In this document: piece after piece, positions 1 to 9,775 of the stretch
How the letters are laid out: every line of letters begins with the position of its first letter
How positions within the stretch are numbered: position 1 is the stretch's first letter
Assembly: GCA_963755715.1 (NCBI GenBank)
Contig: CAVWLW010000073.1
Coordinates: 29,720-61,719, forward strand
Origin: an uncultured delta proteobacterium
Lineage (GTDB): Bacteria > Desulfobacterota > Binatia > UBA9968
Reading direction: 5' to 3'
Length of the DNA stretch: 32,000 nucleotides
Made by a program: the position numbers and the translations under genes
The notes under the pieces: model-generated
Databases searched by the model: none
Told to the model about the DNA's origin: nothing
What the model saw: the letters and a program-made list of their open reading frames with translations, nothing else

Positions 1-780
1 CGCATCAGCGCGACGATTTCTTGCACTTCGGGTAGATCGGCCGTGTAAGTCGCAAGTAATTCCCGGTACGGCGACATACCGGGTTTAAAATCGGGATTAG
101 CCGGGTTGTCGCGGAACTCGGTGTCTTTGACTAAATGATGCATCACGTCGACGCGAAATCCATCAACGCCGCGCTCGAGCCAAAAGCGCAGCACATCGAG
201 CATCGCCCGCTGCACTTCCGGATTGCGCCAGTTGAGATCCGGCTGCTCTTTGAGAAACGCGTGGTAGTAATACTGTCCGGTCTCTTTCGTCCCATTCCCA
301 CGCGCCGCCGCCAAAATTGGCGCGCCAATTATTCGGCGGGCCGCCGCCCGGCGCCGGATCGCGCCAAATATACCAGTCGCGCTTGGCGCTCTGGCGCGAC
401 GAGCGCGACTCGACGAACCATGGATGCTGGTCGGAAGTATGATTGGGGACATAATCGAGCAAGAGCTTCATGCCGCGCGCATGAACATCGGCGAGCAAGG
501 CATCGAAGTCTGCCAGCGTGCCGAAGATCGGATCGATGTCGGTATAATTGCTGACGTCGTAACCGAAATCCGCCATCGGCGACGGATAAATCGGCGAGAT
601 CCAGATGGCGTCGACGCCGAGCCATTGAAGATAATCGAGCCGGCTCCGTATGCCGCCGAGATCGCCGATGCCGTCGCCGTTACTGTCCATGAACGAGCGC
701 GGATAAATTTGATAAATAATGCCGCGTTCCCACCAACGAAAATTTTCCAAATCCGCGTCTTTGTGAACTAAGTCGGCCAT
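1..780 (-). pseudogene. GH13 alpha-amylase-family glycosidase (alpha-glucosidase / oligo-1,6-glucosidase-like). It is frame-disrupted and its 3' end lies outside the window.
   Basis: ORF 163..780 gives a GH13 N-terminus (YQIYPRSF, GDGIGDLGG, DAIWISPIY, LLLDYVPNHTS). After ...GGAWEWDER (about nt 282) the family-like sequence continues one base out of frame (GQYYYHAFLKEQPDLNWRNPEVQ...GVDGFRVDVMHHL) down to nt 1. The listed ORF tail is Arg/Ala-rich junk. One extra base near 280-284 explains the break. Confidence 0.85.
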
Positions 781-974
781 TTAAACCCTCGTCTTGCACA
801 CCATCGACTTAGACATCCGCGACGTCTGGTCGCATGTCTCGAGACGGCGAATCGCGCTTGATCGCGCCATTATAGACTGTTTGACAATTTTGGGGGAGCG
901 CAGGGCGGCGATTGCCGGCAATACGTTAGCGGGAACCGATTCGATCAAATAGGGAAGAAGACTTTCTTGACGCG

Positions 975-1538
975 TTACTCGACGATCTCGATCGCAAGCC
1001 GGTAAGCGGGCAACCGATAGCCGTGCGACAGCGCGGGAAAATCGCGAGCGTAGGTCAGAAACGGCGTCTGATAATTCCACGGCACGCGATCTTTGCCTCG
1101 GTAGATCGCCGGGTAGAGATCGATCAGATGAGTCCCCGGCTCTCCCGTTGCAACGAGATTGATGGTCACATCGCCGTTGGTGTTAAAACCGCAGGCATAA
1201 CCCATCGCGGCATTGTCGTAGGTCACGGCAACGGTATTATCGAGCTCAGTCCAGCCGACGCCTTTGATCTGCACGGTGAAAGTTTCGCCGACTTTGACTC
1301 GTTTCGGCTTCACCGCCACCAAGACTCTGCTCGACATAGTACGGGCATTTCGAGCAGCATTCGATTGCGCGGCTGCTAGTTTCATCGTGTGCCAGCCGCC
1401 GAGATCATCCGGGATCTGCAGGGTAGTGCTCAATGAGCCGTCTGACTTGGTCGTCGCATTCGAAAGCGGGACATTCTCCAAGATTCCAGCCGCTGGGCCC
1501 ATGCGGTTACCCCTCGCCGTGACGAAGAACAGATCCAA
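975..1538 (-). CDS. C-terminal fragment of a secreted Ig/IPT-like beta-sandwich repeat protein (hypothetical)
   Basis: It contains the repeat signature GETFTVQIKGVGW, which also occurs twice in ORF 1637..2503 (GDSFTVMGDGL, GTPITVTVKGMGW). It is linked to that ORF through a third-frame segment (1507..about 1700) that also reads like protein (STVATLNPASGPILSQTTLRTTGLPPNTEV). Confidence 0.6.
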   Translation of the reverse strand: MDLFFVTARGNRMGPAAGILENVPLSNATTKSDGSLSTTLQIPDDLGGWHTMKLAAAQSNAARNARTMSSRVLVAVKPKRVKVGETFTVQIKGVGWTELDNTVAVTYDNAAMGYACGFNTNGDVTINLVATGEPGTHLIDLYPAIYRGKDRVPWNYQTPFLTYARDFPALSHGYRLPAYRLAIEIVE

Positions 1539-1636
1539 CTTCCGTATTCGGCGGGAGCCCGGTCGTTCGCAAGGTGGTCTGCGACAGAATCGGTCCCGAA
1601 GCAGGATTCAATGTCGCAACAGTGGATGACGCCGCT

Positions 1637-2581
1637 TTAAGACCCATGGTTGTCCGCGGCGCATGGCTGCTGAGCCGGGCCAACCCGGTCGTTGTCCGGC
1701 CACTGGAGAGCGTCGGGCGGCGGGCCGGCGTCCTTGGTAACGTTGAACACAAAACGAAACTCTTGTTGGTTGTCGAGATGAGCGTAGATATAATCCTGCG
1801 GCGATTGCTGGGTATTGAGATAGGCGCCAGGCGCGTAGGCGGTGCTGTTGTTGAGTTGGATGATATGCTTGCCGGGAGGTCCTGCCGCGCGAATCTGCAA
1901 GACAGCGGTGCCCCGAGTCGTCACTGCCGATATCTCGCCGGTGTATTTGTTGTCGTAGCGCAGCGCCATGAATTGCTCGAAGCCCTGCCAACCCATTCCT
2001 TTCACCGTGACTGTGATCGGTGTTCCAACCGGCCCTTCGGTCGGCGTCAATGCGGCGCTTCGGAGAATGCGAAAACCGCCGCGCGCCGCGTCCTGTCCAT
2101 CGATCACCGCGTAGAGATCGTGCACCTCGCCAAAGTCTTCCGGCGCGGCGAACTTTGCGCTCACTCGGCCTTGGGCATCGACCAACGCGTTGCCGAAAGC
2201 GACGCGTTTCTCGTCGTATTTGCGCTCGTGGTACTCAATATTGTCGGCCATCACCTTGGTCGCATAAATAGCTTCGGCCGTGCTCCAAAAAAATTCCACT
2301 TTCTTGCCCGGCGTGAGCCCGTCCCCCATCACTGTGAAAGAATCTCCCACGTAGCCCTTAACCGGCTCGACCTTGAGCAGCTTTAGGGGTGCCACTGGGG
2401 CGCTTGGCCTGGTGACTTGAGCGACGATCGACGGGGTAGGCAATGCGGTAGTTGGACGAGCGGTGGGCCCGGACGGAGCGTTGGAGCCATCGGCCCCTAG
2501 CAATCCGAGCAGGATTAGAAGCGAAAGCGCCAGTCCTGTGATCGACAGCCCCGCCCTGACGCGACCGGTAACGGTTTTAAT
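1637..2581 (-). CDS. N-terminal fragment of the same secreted beta-sandwich repeat protein (hypothetical)
   Basis: The track start is TTG at 2503. In-frame codons upstream encode a signal-peptide-like KTVTGRVRAGLSITGLALSLLILLGLLGA, reaching back to an ATT at 2581. That ATT lies 6 nt after GAGG and directly after the upstream gene's TAA. There is no ATG/GTG/TTG in between. Confidence 0.6.
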   Translation of the reverse strand: MKTVTGRVRAGLSITGLALSLLILLGLLGADGSNAPSGPTARPTTALPTPSIVAQVTRPSAPVAPLKLLKVEPVKGYVGDSFTVMGDGLTPGKKVEFFWSTAEAIYATKVMADNIEYHERKYDEKRVAFGNALVDAQGRVSAKFAAPEDFGEVHDLYAVIDGQDAARGGFRILRSAALTPTEGPVGTPITVTVKGMGWQGFEQFMALRYDNKYTGEISAVTTRGTAVLQIRAAGPPGKHIIQLNNSTAYAPGAYLNTQQSPQDYIYAHLDNQQEFRFVFNVTKDAGPPPDALQWPDNDRVGPAQQPCAADNHGS

Positions 2582-2592
2582 CCTGCACCTCG

Positions 2593-3291
2593 TTAGTCAA
2601 CGATCCTCACACGCGTATCTTGCGTTGGGGTTTTCTGGATCGGCGGGATGAAAGTCGCCGTGCGGCCGTCTTTCGCGGTTATCACGAGGCTGTAGTCCAG
2701 CTTGCCCAACGGGTAATCTGGCGGAATGTCCCAAAAGGCATCCCACATCCAAGCCGAATCGGGCAGGGCGGTTGCAGATCCTCGGATGGCCCATCGCGCG
2801 ACCAGTTCTTCGCCATGCGGTAATCTTACCTTGACTGTTGCTCCATCTCGATCGGCAACCCGCTTACCCGTCGAGGTGTCGAGGATCTCGAAGCGAAAGA
2901 CGAGCCTCATGCCACGCTTGAACACGCCGCTTTGGACACACGGTGTAGATGCGGCGACGCCATATTTGGTGGTGTTATTGCTCGTCAAAGTTTCCACATA
3001 GAAGAAGAATGGACCCACCGGCTCATAGTAGGACGCGGGCGTCGTGCGCGGCGGTTGAGGAGGTGGAGGGCCAGCCGTGGGCGGCGGCGCCTTTTGCGCC
3101 CCGACGAGGACCGTGACACCAGCCTCCGTGGAGGATTTCTTTTGCAGCTCCGTGGCGGAGACTTGCTCCTTTGCTTTATCCTGCTCGCTTTGCGTGGCTA
3201 CGGATGGCCCACAGCTCGCGATCATCCACGGGATAAGAATTAGCAATACAACGAAGATCAGGCTTCGATTGAGCGGTCCGAATAATGCCAT
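2593..3291 (-). CDS. Lipoprotein, function unknown
   Basis: An internal ATG at 3291 is preceded by GAGAGG plus 7 nt. The N-terminus MALFGPLNRSLIFVVLLILIPWMIASCG has a lipobox (IASC). A Pro-rich linker follows, then a globular domain. It sits 11 nt upstream of the repeat-protein gene. Confidence 0.7.
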   Translation of the reverse strand: MALFGPLNRSLIFVVLLILIPWMIASCGPSVATQSEQDKAKEQVSATELQKKSSTEAGVTVLVGAQKAPPPTAGPPPPQPPRTTPASYYEPVGPFFFYVETLTSNNTTKYGVAASTPCVQSGVFKRGMRLVFRFEILDTSTGKRVADRDGATVKVRLPHGEELVARWAIRGSATALPDSAWMWDAFWDIPPDYPLGKLDYSLVITAKDGRTATFIPPIQKTPTQDTRVRIVD

Positions 3292-3423
3292 AATTTTGCC
3301 TCTCTGATGCGAGTTCAGATCTAAAGCACCCTGTTCCTTTGGCAATGAGCCCGCGTTAAGACGATCTCAAGTCGAGCCATAAATCTGCGCTAGATTAGGA
3401 GAGACCTCCATCGCCTGTCAAGC

Positions 3424-3448
3424 TCAAATAAATGCACTGTTGTGCACT
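3424..3448 (-). terminator. Putative rho-independent terminator after pgm
   Basis: On the minus strand: AGTGCAC-AACA-GTGCATT hairpin followed by TATTTG. It lies about 10 nt downstream of the pgm stop. The stem is short. Confidence 0.4.
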
Positions 3449-3457
3449 CGTTAAGGA

Positions 3458-5110
3458 TTACTCGCCGCTCGTTCCAAACACTGATTGGACGATCTGCCAG
3501 GCTTCGTCCTGAATGGCCTTTAGATGGTCTTCTGAACGGAGACTTTCCGCGTAGATTTTACACAAATCTTCGGTGCCCGAGGGGCGCACGGCAAACCAAC
3601 CGTTGGGCGCGGTGACTTTCAGGCCGCCGATATCGGCGCCGTTTCCCGGCGCGTGGGTCAGCTTGGCCTGAATCGGTTCGCCGGCAAGCTCCTTCGCCGC
3701 GAGGGCTTCCGGCCGAAGCGACTTCAGAGCCTTTTTTTGCGCCGCCGTCGCCGGCAGATCCATGCGCGCGTAATACGGACGGCCAAGCTCCTTGGTCAAT
3801 TCCTCGTACCACGCGCCGGGCTCACGCCCGGTCGTGGCGATGATCTCCGCGGCGAGCAAAGCCAGAATGATGCCGTCTTTGTCCGTCGTCCAAACCGTTC
3901 CATCGCGGCAAAGAAAACTGGCGCCGGCGCTCTCCTCGCCGCCAAAGCAGATCGTTCCTTCGAACAGACCTTGAGAAAACCATTTGAATCCGACGGGAAC
4001 TTCGAAAAGCTTTCGGCCGAGCCGCCCGACGACCCGATCGATGAGCGAACTGCTCACCAGCGTTTTGCCGACCGCGGCGTTTTTGCTCCACTGCGGTCGA
4101 TGCGAGAGCAAATAGTGAATCGCCACGGCGAGGTAATGGTTTGGATTCATTAGACCGAGCGACGGCGTGACGATACCGTGACGATCCGAGTCGGCGTCAT
4201 TTCCCACTGCGATTTGAAATTGATCTTTGAGACTTACCAAACTCGCCATCGCGTACGGGCTCGAGCAATCCATCCTGATCTTGCCGTCATGATCCAAAGT
4301 CATGAAGCGAAATGTCGGATCGATCTTGTCGTTGACGACGGTGAGATCGAGTTCGTAACGCTCGGCAATTCTTTGCCAATAGGCGAGCGCCGCGCCACCG
4401 AGCGGATCGACCCCAATTTTTATCCGCGCCGAGCGAATCGGGTCCAGGTCGATCACCGCGGTCAGATCATCGACGTAGGGACCGAGCAAGTCGTCTTCAT
4501 GCGTGGTTGGAGATTGAAGCGCTGCGGCGTAGGCAATCCTTTTCACCGAGCGATTATTTTCGCGCAGCAGCCCGTTGGCTCGATTTTGAATCCAATCGGT
4601 AACATCAGTATCAGCCGGGCCGCCCTGCGGCGGATTATATTTAAAGCCACCATCCGCCGGCGGATTGTGCGACGGTGTGATGACGATGCCGTCGGCCAAG
4701 CCGGCGTTTTTGCCACGGTTATGAACTAAGATCGCTCGTGAAATTGACGGCGTGGGCGTGAAACCGTCGCCGCGCTGAATGACCGTTTCCACGCCGTTGG
4801 CGGCGAGCACTTCGAGCGCACTCTTTTGCGCCGGGCCCGATACCGCATGCGTGTCTTTACCCATGAAGAGCGGCCCCGAGATATTTTTGCTCGCGCGGTA
4901 CTCGCAGATCGCCTGCGTGATGGCGAGAATATGCGCTTCATTGAGCGTGTTATCGAGGGGACTACCGCGGTGGCCGCTGGTGCCGAAGCTGACCAATTGC
5001 TGCGGGTTTTCAGGGTCGGGCTTGCGCTCGTAGTAGGCTTTTTCGAGCCGGTCAAGGTCTATCAAGATATCGGCGGGCGCGGGCTTTCCCGCCAGGGGAT
5101 GAATGGCCAT
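3458..5110 (-). CDS. pgm: Phosphoglucomutase, alpha-D-glucose phosphate-specific
   Basis: Full-length match to the Pgm pattern: [12 protein letters not shown]-terminus, FGTSGHRGS active-site loop, [49 protein letters not shown]. The ATG at 5110 follows AAAGGA plus 7 nt. The track start at 5116 is a TTG. Confidence 0.95.
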   Translation of the reverse strand: MAIHPLAGKPAPADILIDLDRLEKAYYERKPDPENPQQLVSFGTSGHRGSPLDNTLNEAHILAITQAICEYRASKNISGPLFMGKDTHAVSGPAQKSALEVLAANGVETVIQRGDGFTPTPSISRAILVHNRGKNAGLADGIVITPSHNPPADGGFKYNPPQGGPADTDVTDWIQNRANGLLRENNRSVKRIAYAAALQSPTTHEDDLLGPYVDDLTAVIDLDPIRSARIKIGVDPLGGAALAYWQRIAERYELDLTVVNDKIDPTFRFMTLDHDGKIRMDCSSPYAMASLVSLKDQFQIAVGNDADSDRHGIVTPSLGLMNPNHYLAVAIHYLLSHRPQWSKNAAVGKTLVSSSLIDRVVGRLGRKLFEVPVGFKWFSQGLFEGTICFGGEESAGASFLCRDGTVWTTDKDGIILALLAAEIIATTGREPGAWYEELTKELGRPYYARMDLPATAAQKKALKSLRPEALAAKELAGEPIQAKLTHAPGNGADIGGLKVTAPNGWFAVRPSGTEDLCKIYAESLRSEDHLKAIQDEAWQIVQSVFGTSGE

Positions 5111-5192
5111 GTTCAAATCCTTTCACGACGCTGCGGCGCATTAGTTCAACGCTGTTCGGCAAGTTTTTTATACAACGACGTGAGGGCAGATC

Positions 5193-5403
5193 CTAGTGGC
5201 GTATCTTCCATGCACGACGGGCGCGATCGCCGGGATCGTAAATCATGCTCGGCATGTGCGACGGAACAATAAAGTACGCGAGCACGTTTTCCCAGGGATG
5301 TTCGGGTACAAGGACGGGATCGCCGTATTTCCCAGCGCCGCCCTGCTTGAACTCGATTCTTTCCAGCGTTCCGATCTGACTAGAGTGGGAAAACTATTTT
5401 CAT
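5193..5403 (-). CDS. Small hypothetical ORF lacking an in-frame start (possibly frame-disrupted)
   Basis: The minus-strand frame reads FSHSSQIGTLERIEFKQGGAGKYGDPVLVPEHPWENVLAYFIVPSHMPSMIYDPGDRARRAWKIRH*, which has protein-like composition. An ATG at 5403 (MKIV..) is one base out of frame, and the junction falls at a T4 run. Confidence 0.25.
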
Positions 5404-5424
5404 TCGGCGCTGACTGCGAGCGAA

Positions 5425-6444
5425 TCAGAGATGCTGCAGCGCCGGCATCACCCGTTCGGCAAACAGGCGAATATTTTTGAGAGCCATCTCTTGCGGCATG
5501 CCGCCAAAATGAAAAGTGCCGGAGAATGTCGTGATGCCGCCTTCTTCGTGCCAGCGCCGAATCGTGTCGCTGCAGCGCTCCGGATCGCCGACGATGATAA
5601 AGCCCCGCGCCATGTCAGAACCGATATCGTGTTCGGTCAAACGGCGCTCGGGATCGGCCGCCTGGTGAAGATCGGTGTAATTTTTCATGAAGGGCACCGC
5701 CTCGCGCATGCCGCGCTCGAAACTATCCGAGACGTAGATGTGAAACTTGCCTAACACTTCACGCCCGACGAAATCATGCCCGCGCGCGGCCAAGCCGCGG
5801 CGGTAAATCTTTACCAGCTCGTGCAAGGCATCCGTCGTCGGATGGACGAAGGGCACTGTCATCAAGTCGTAGTCCATTTCGCCTGCCCAGCGAAAAGTCT
5901 CTTCGCTGTGCGTTGCGCCGACCCATATCGGCGGGTGCGGCCGCTGCACCGGCTTGGGTAGAATGTTTACGTTGTCGTAGCTATAGAACTCGCCGTGAAA
6001 ATTGACCGGCGCGTCAGACCATGCCTGGCGAATAATCTCCGCGCTTTCATGGAAACGCGCCGTCGCTTCGTCCCGGCTTGCGCCGAATTTTCGATACTCG
6101 ACCGGCTCGCTGCCTTTGCCGATACCGAAATCGATGCGGCCATCGGAGATGACGTCGGCCATGGCGTAGGACTCCGCCAAATCCAAAGGATTGTGCAGCG
6201 GCAGCACCGCGACGGCGACGCCGAGACGAATGCGTGAAGTCATCTGTGCTGCCGCGGCGAGAAATGTCGGCGGATGCGGCAATGTGCCGCCGTAACCGCC
6301 GAAGTGGTGCTCGGTCACCCACGCTTGATCGAAGCCGAGTTTTTCCACTTCGATAATTTGCTCGAACATGCGGCGGTAGAAATCGGCCAGCATGCCGTCA
6401 GTCTCGGGCATATAGGTGGGCAGAATGTGCGTGCCGAATTTCAT
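5425..6444 (-). CDS. Luciferase-like (LLM class) flavin-dependent oxidoreductase
   Basis: 339 aa. It has the typical LLM layout: MKFG..., FDQAWVTEHHF, RIRLGVAVAVLPLHNP, GRIDFGIGKG. Confidence 0.8.
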   Translation of the reverse strand: MKFGTHILPTYMPETDGMLADFYRRMFEQIIEVEKLGFDQAWVTEHHFGGYGGTLPHPPTFLAAAAQMTSRIRLGVAVAVLPLHNPLDLAESYAMADVISDGRIDFGIGKGSEPVEYRKFGASRDEATARFHESAEIIRQAWSDAPVNFHGEFYSYDNVNILPKPVQRPHPPIWVGATHSEETFRWAGEMDYDLMTVPFVHPTTDALHELVKIYRRGLAARGHDFVGREVLGKFHIYVSDSFERGMREAVPFMKNYTDLHQAADPERRLTEHDIGSDMARGFIIVGDPERCSDTIRRWHEEGGITTFSGTFHFGGMPQEMALKNIRLFAERVMPALQHL

Positions 6445-6460
6445 CGTTATCGCGCTCCCG

Positions 6461-7486
6461 TTAGAAAAGAATCGACTTCAACTTCGCCACCAAACCCGTA
6501 TCGAGCTTGAAAATCCCCTCCACGGTTTTTCGCATATCTTCGGCGGTCACCGGCGCGAGGCCGATCTTTGCTTTATCCGCTTCGCCGATGAATTCAGGGT
6601 CTTTGACGGTCTCTTGCAAAGCTTTCTGCAGAATCTGCGCGCGCTCGTTCGGCGTGCCGGGCGGAAGCGCGAGAGTCTTGGTGATCTTGCTCGGATAGTG
6701 AATGCCGTATTCGATCAATTGTTTGGCTTCCACCGTCTTGGCGAGATCGATGGCGAGCGGCACCCCGGCCAAGTCGGCAAAGGCTTTGGGCACCGTCTGC
6801 AGCACGACCACGACGGTGCCCGACTCAAGCGCTTTTTGCCAAGTGCCGCGCATGGAATCCCAACCCCAGGTCGTGCCGTCGATCTCGCCGCTCTCCGCGG
6901 CGATGCGCATATCCGCGGTTCCCTTGTAACCGGAGATAACTTGGATCGGCAGATTGAGCGCGGCTTTGACGACCTTGATGACGTTGTCCGTGCCGAAGGC
7001 GCCCGGCCCCGTAGTGCCTAACTTCAGCGGCGATTTCGCCGCGAACCATTTTTCCATGTTATTGACGCCGCTTGCTTTGGTCAGTGCGATCGCGCTCTCA
7101 TCGCGCGCCACGGCGCCGACAAAGACAAACTTTTGCGTATCGAATTCGACTCCCGGTTGCCCCATCAATTGACTGTAGGCGAACCCGCCGCTGAAGTGGC
7201 CGAAGGTGAGACCGTCGGGCTTGGCGACTTTAAAAATATGATTGGCCGCGAGCAGACTGCCGGCGCCGGTCATGTTCTCGACCAAAATTGTCGGATGGCC
7301 GGGAATATACTTGGGCATATGCCGCGACAGCATGCGCGCCAACGCGTCGTAACCGCCGCCGGGCGAGAAGCCGACGATGATGCGAATGGTTTTGCCTTCG
7401 TAAAAGTTGCTCTGAGCGATGCCACTTCGAGCCGTGAAAACCGTCAAGGCAACGAGCAAAGCCACGCTGAGAACAGTCTTTGTCAT
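6461..7486 (-). CDS. TctC/Bug-like periplasmic solute-binding protein
   Basis: The ATG at 7486 follows AAGGAGG plus 7 nt. Signal peptide MTKTVLSVALLVALTVFTARSGIAQ. TctC-like core SPGGGYDALARML...ILVENMTGAGSLLAANH...KPDG. Confidence 0.7.
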   Translation of the reverse strand: MTKTVLSVALLVALTVFTARSGIAQSNFYEGKTIRIIVGFSPGGGYDALARMLSRHMPKYIPGHPTILVENMTGAGSLLAANHIFKVAKPDGLTFGHFSGGFAYSQLMGQPGVEFDTQKFVFVGAVARDESAIALTKASGVNNMEKWFAAKSPLKLGTTGPGAFGTDNVIKVVKAALNLPIQVISGYKGTADMRIAAESGEIDGTTWGWDSMRGTWQKALESGTVVVVLQTVPKAFADLAGVPLAIDLAKTVEAKQLIEYGIHYPSKITKTLALPPGTPNERAQILQKALQETVKDPEFIGEADKAKIGLAPVTAEDMRKTVEGIFKLDTGLVAKLKSILF

Positions 7487-7609
7487 CGGCCTGCCTCCTT
7501 GCGAATCGCACACAGCAGTTGCTGCGCGCCAGTACAATTGCTGGGTCCAAACCTAGTTTAACCGACGGTTAGGCGTCAAGCCGAAAAGAAAGTGAATGCG
7601 ATGTGTTGC

Positions 7610-8473
7610 TTAGCCGAGCTTCGCTTCTTGGAGCTGATCCTGCCAGACATGCTCCGGCTTGAATCCGAGCAGGCGCCGCGCTTTGGTCGAATCGACGCAG
7701 CTCCAATGCGTGCCGGCGATCTTTTTTATTTTTGCGCCTTTGGGCAGATATTTTTTCACCAGCTCGAGGGTCGGCTGGATCATGCAGTTGTTCGGCGCCG
7801 ACGCGATGAAAACTTCATGGCCGGTGAATTTCGCTTCCAGCGCCAACCGGCAAGTCGTCGCCGCGTCGCGCGCGTCGATATACGTCCAAAAGCCGTTGGC
7901 CCGCGACGACGGATTGCGCCAGCGTTCTCTGAAACTCTCGTAGGAAAGATCGAAATTGACGCCGGGGAAACGCAAGCTGCTGATCGTCATATCTTTGTGA
8001 ACGGAAACGATCGAGTCGGCGATTTTTTCCCCGAGCACTTTAGAAAGTCCATAGGAATCCTGCGGGTTCGAAGGATGCTCCTCGTCGAGCGGCAGATAGT
8101 CGGGCGCCCAAAGTTTCACCGCGTAGATAAAACCGAACGCAGCCGTGCTCGACGCCAGAACGACTTTTTTAACTTTTGCATCCGCCGCGGCGCGCAACAC
8201 ATTGTAGGTCGACGAAACGTTGTTGCTGAGGGTTTCCGCGTCCGGCGCCAGATTGGGCGCCTGATAGGCGCCCAGATGAACGATGCCGTAAGCGTTTTTG
8301 AGCGCTTCGAAGAGATCACCCGAGTGGCGCAGATCGACGAGCCAACTCGGACATAATTTTTCCCGTGGCGGCACTCTATCGAGACTGAGAACTTGAAAAC
8401 CGTGCGTCAGCAGATCGCGAATCACAAACTGTCCCAACCTTCCACTGCCGCCCGTGACCACAACTTTTCTCAT
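7610..8473 (-). CDS. NAD-dependent epimerase/dehydratase (extended SDR family)
   Basis: MRKVVVTGGSGRLGQ Rossmann motif at the ATG at 8473 (GGAGGAG upstream). YGLSK fits the catalytic YxxxK. Confidence 0.85.
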   Translation of the reverse strand: MRKVVVTGGSGRLGQFVIRDLLTHGFQVLSLDRVPPREKLCPSWLVDLRHSGDLFEALKNAYGIVHLGAYQAPNLAPDAETLSNNVSSTYNVLRAAADAKVKKVVLASSTAAFGFIYAVKLWAPDYLPLDEEHPSNPQDSYGLSKVLGEKIADSIVSVHKDMTISSLRFPGVNFDLSYESFRERWRNPSSRANGFWTYIDARDAATTCRLALEAKFTGHEVFIASAPNNCMIQPTLELVKKYLPKGAKIKKIAGTHWSCVDSTKARRLLGFKPEHVWQDQLQEAKLG

Positions 8474-8505
8474 TCCAGTAAAATCTCCTCCGCTCAATCG
8501 CTATC

Positions 8506-9609
8506 TTACGCATTGAACGGTTTAAGCGGCTGAATGTATTTGAACTCTAGTTTTCCGTCTTTAGTGCGTCGTTCTATCGCTTCGGTATCAGCAGGTCCTT
8601 GAGCTTGGCGATCAACGGCGGCGGCAGGTCGTACAGACCGGCGAACGTCTTCGCCGTGGTCGGCCCATCGATCGGGCGCAATTTCCAAGTCGGCTTTTTT
8701 CGCTTCGGCACGGAGCTCGGGATCGCCCAAGGTTTTGACAAACGCTTGTTGTAAAACCTGCAACCGATCCGGCGGCGTTCCGGGCGCCGTGGAGAGAGGA
8801 AACTGATAGACGTGAACGTTGTCCGCCACCCGAAGCAGCGTGCGCGCTTCGTCGCTCTTGGCGTAGTTGATCGCCAACGGAATCTTTTTTAGATCGGGAT
8901 GGGACTTGAGCGTGGCTTGCAGCACGACATGAATTTTTCCCGATTCCATCTGGCTGCGCCATGTGACCTTGGTCGCTTGCCATGACGCACAGAGGCCGTC
9001 GGCTTCACCGCTTTCTACCGCGAGCCGTGCCTCGGCGCCGCCTTTGTACCCTTCGACCATTTCCAGCGGCAAGTGGAGGGCTTCTTTGAGCAGTTTGGGG
9101 ACGTCGGACAGACTCGTTCCCGGCCCGATCGACGCGATCTTCAACGGCCGTTTGGCAGCAAACCAGTCGTCGACGGTTTTGATGCCGCTCTCCCGATTGA
9201 AGTGACAAGCCGTATCGTAAGGACCTGGGATACCCACCCAGCCCACTTTGCGGCCATCGAACTTGGTCGCGTCGTTTCCCATAATATGCTGCAAGATCAG
9301 CGGCGATGCCCAAGCGGCGATCGTCAGACCATCCGGCTTGACCCGGTTGTAAAGATGATTCGCGGCGATGATTCCACCGGCACCGGGCATGTTTTCCACG
9401 ATCCTTGTCGGGTTGCCGGTTACGTGCTTGCCGATGTGACGGGCGAGCAGCCGGGTATATTGATCGTAGGTCCCGCCGGGTGAATAGCCGACGATGAAAG
9501 TCAGCGTTTTATCTTTGAGAAATTCCTGCGCTTGCAGCGACGATACTAAGCTGAGCGCGATCGCAGCTGCGGTCAAAACAACCCGTAATTTGGCTCTTGC
9601 AATCATCAT
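8506..9609 (-). CDS. TctC/Bug-like periplasmic solute-binding protein with a frame-disrupted C-terminus
   Basis: It is a paralogue of 6461..7486 (SPGGTYDQYTRLLARH...IVENMPGAGGIIAANH...KPDG). After ...DLEIAP (about nt 8672) the paralogue-like ending IDGPTTAKTFAGLYDLPPPLIAKLKDLLIPKR* is found one base out of frame, with its stop at 8574. The listed tail to 8506 is junk. Confidence 0.7.
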   Translation of the reverse strand: MMIARAKLRVVLTAAAIALSLVSSLQAQEFLKDKTLTFIVGYSPGGTYDQYTRLLARHIGKHVTGNPTRIVENMPGAGGIIAANHLYNRVKPDGLTIAAWASPLILQHIMGNDATKFDGRKVGWVGIPGPYDTACHFNRESGIKTVDDWFAAKRPLKIASIGPGTSLSDVPKLLKEALHLPLEMVEGYKGGAEARLAVESGEADGLCASWQATKVTWRSQMESGKIHVVLQATLKSHPDLKKIPLAINYAKSDEARTLLRVADNVHVYQFPLSTAPGTPPDRLQVLQQAFVKTLGDPELRAEAKKADLEIAPDRWADHGEDVRRSVRPAAAVDRQAQGPADTEAIERRTKDGKLEFKYIQPLKPFNA

Positions 9610-9775
9610 GATCTCCTTGGCGGCAACCTTTCGTTTGTCTGTGGGAATTGGCCCATAGGCCCGAAACTACTACATCCGGTTGTGTGCTTCCACAATCGAC
9701 CGGCCAGAAATCTCACTCACGACGACGCCGATCACACGGACAACTGGCCTGTCCCGAGTCGAGCAAGTAACCGCA

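Noticed and set aside
869-886. Perfect TATAAT (minus strand, 869-874) and perfect TTGACA (plus strand, 881-886) upstream of the GH13 gene
   Set aside because: The two hexamers are on opposite strands. The minus-strand TTGTCA that pairs with TATAAT is only 7 nt away, so no properly spaced sigma-70 promoter can be assembled.
1574-2386. 270-aa ORF on the plus strand
   Set aside because: It is antisense to the repeat-protein gene, which shows internal repeat structure and a signal peptide. The antisense product is Arg/Leu-rich junk.
3392-3421. Sigma-70-like promoter for the lipoprotein gene (TTGACA - 18 nt - TAATCT on the minus strand)
   Set aside because: The -35 is perfect, but the -10 matches only 3 of 6 positions and the spacer is 18 nt. 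It is plausible but not strong enough to list as a feature.
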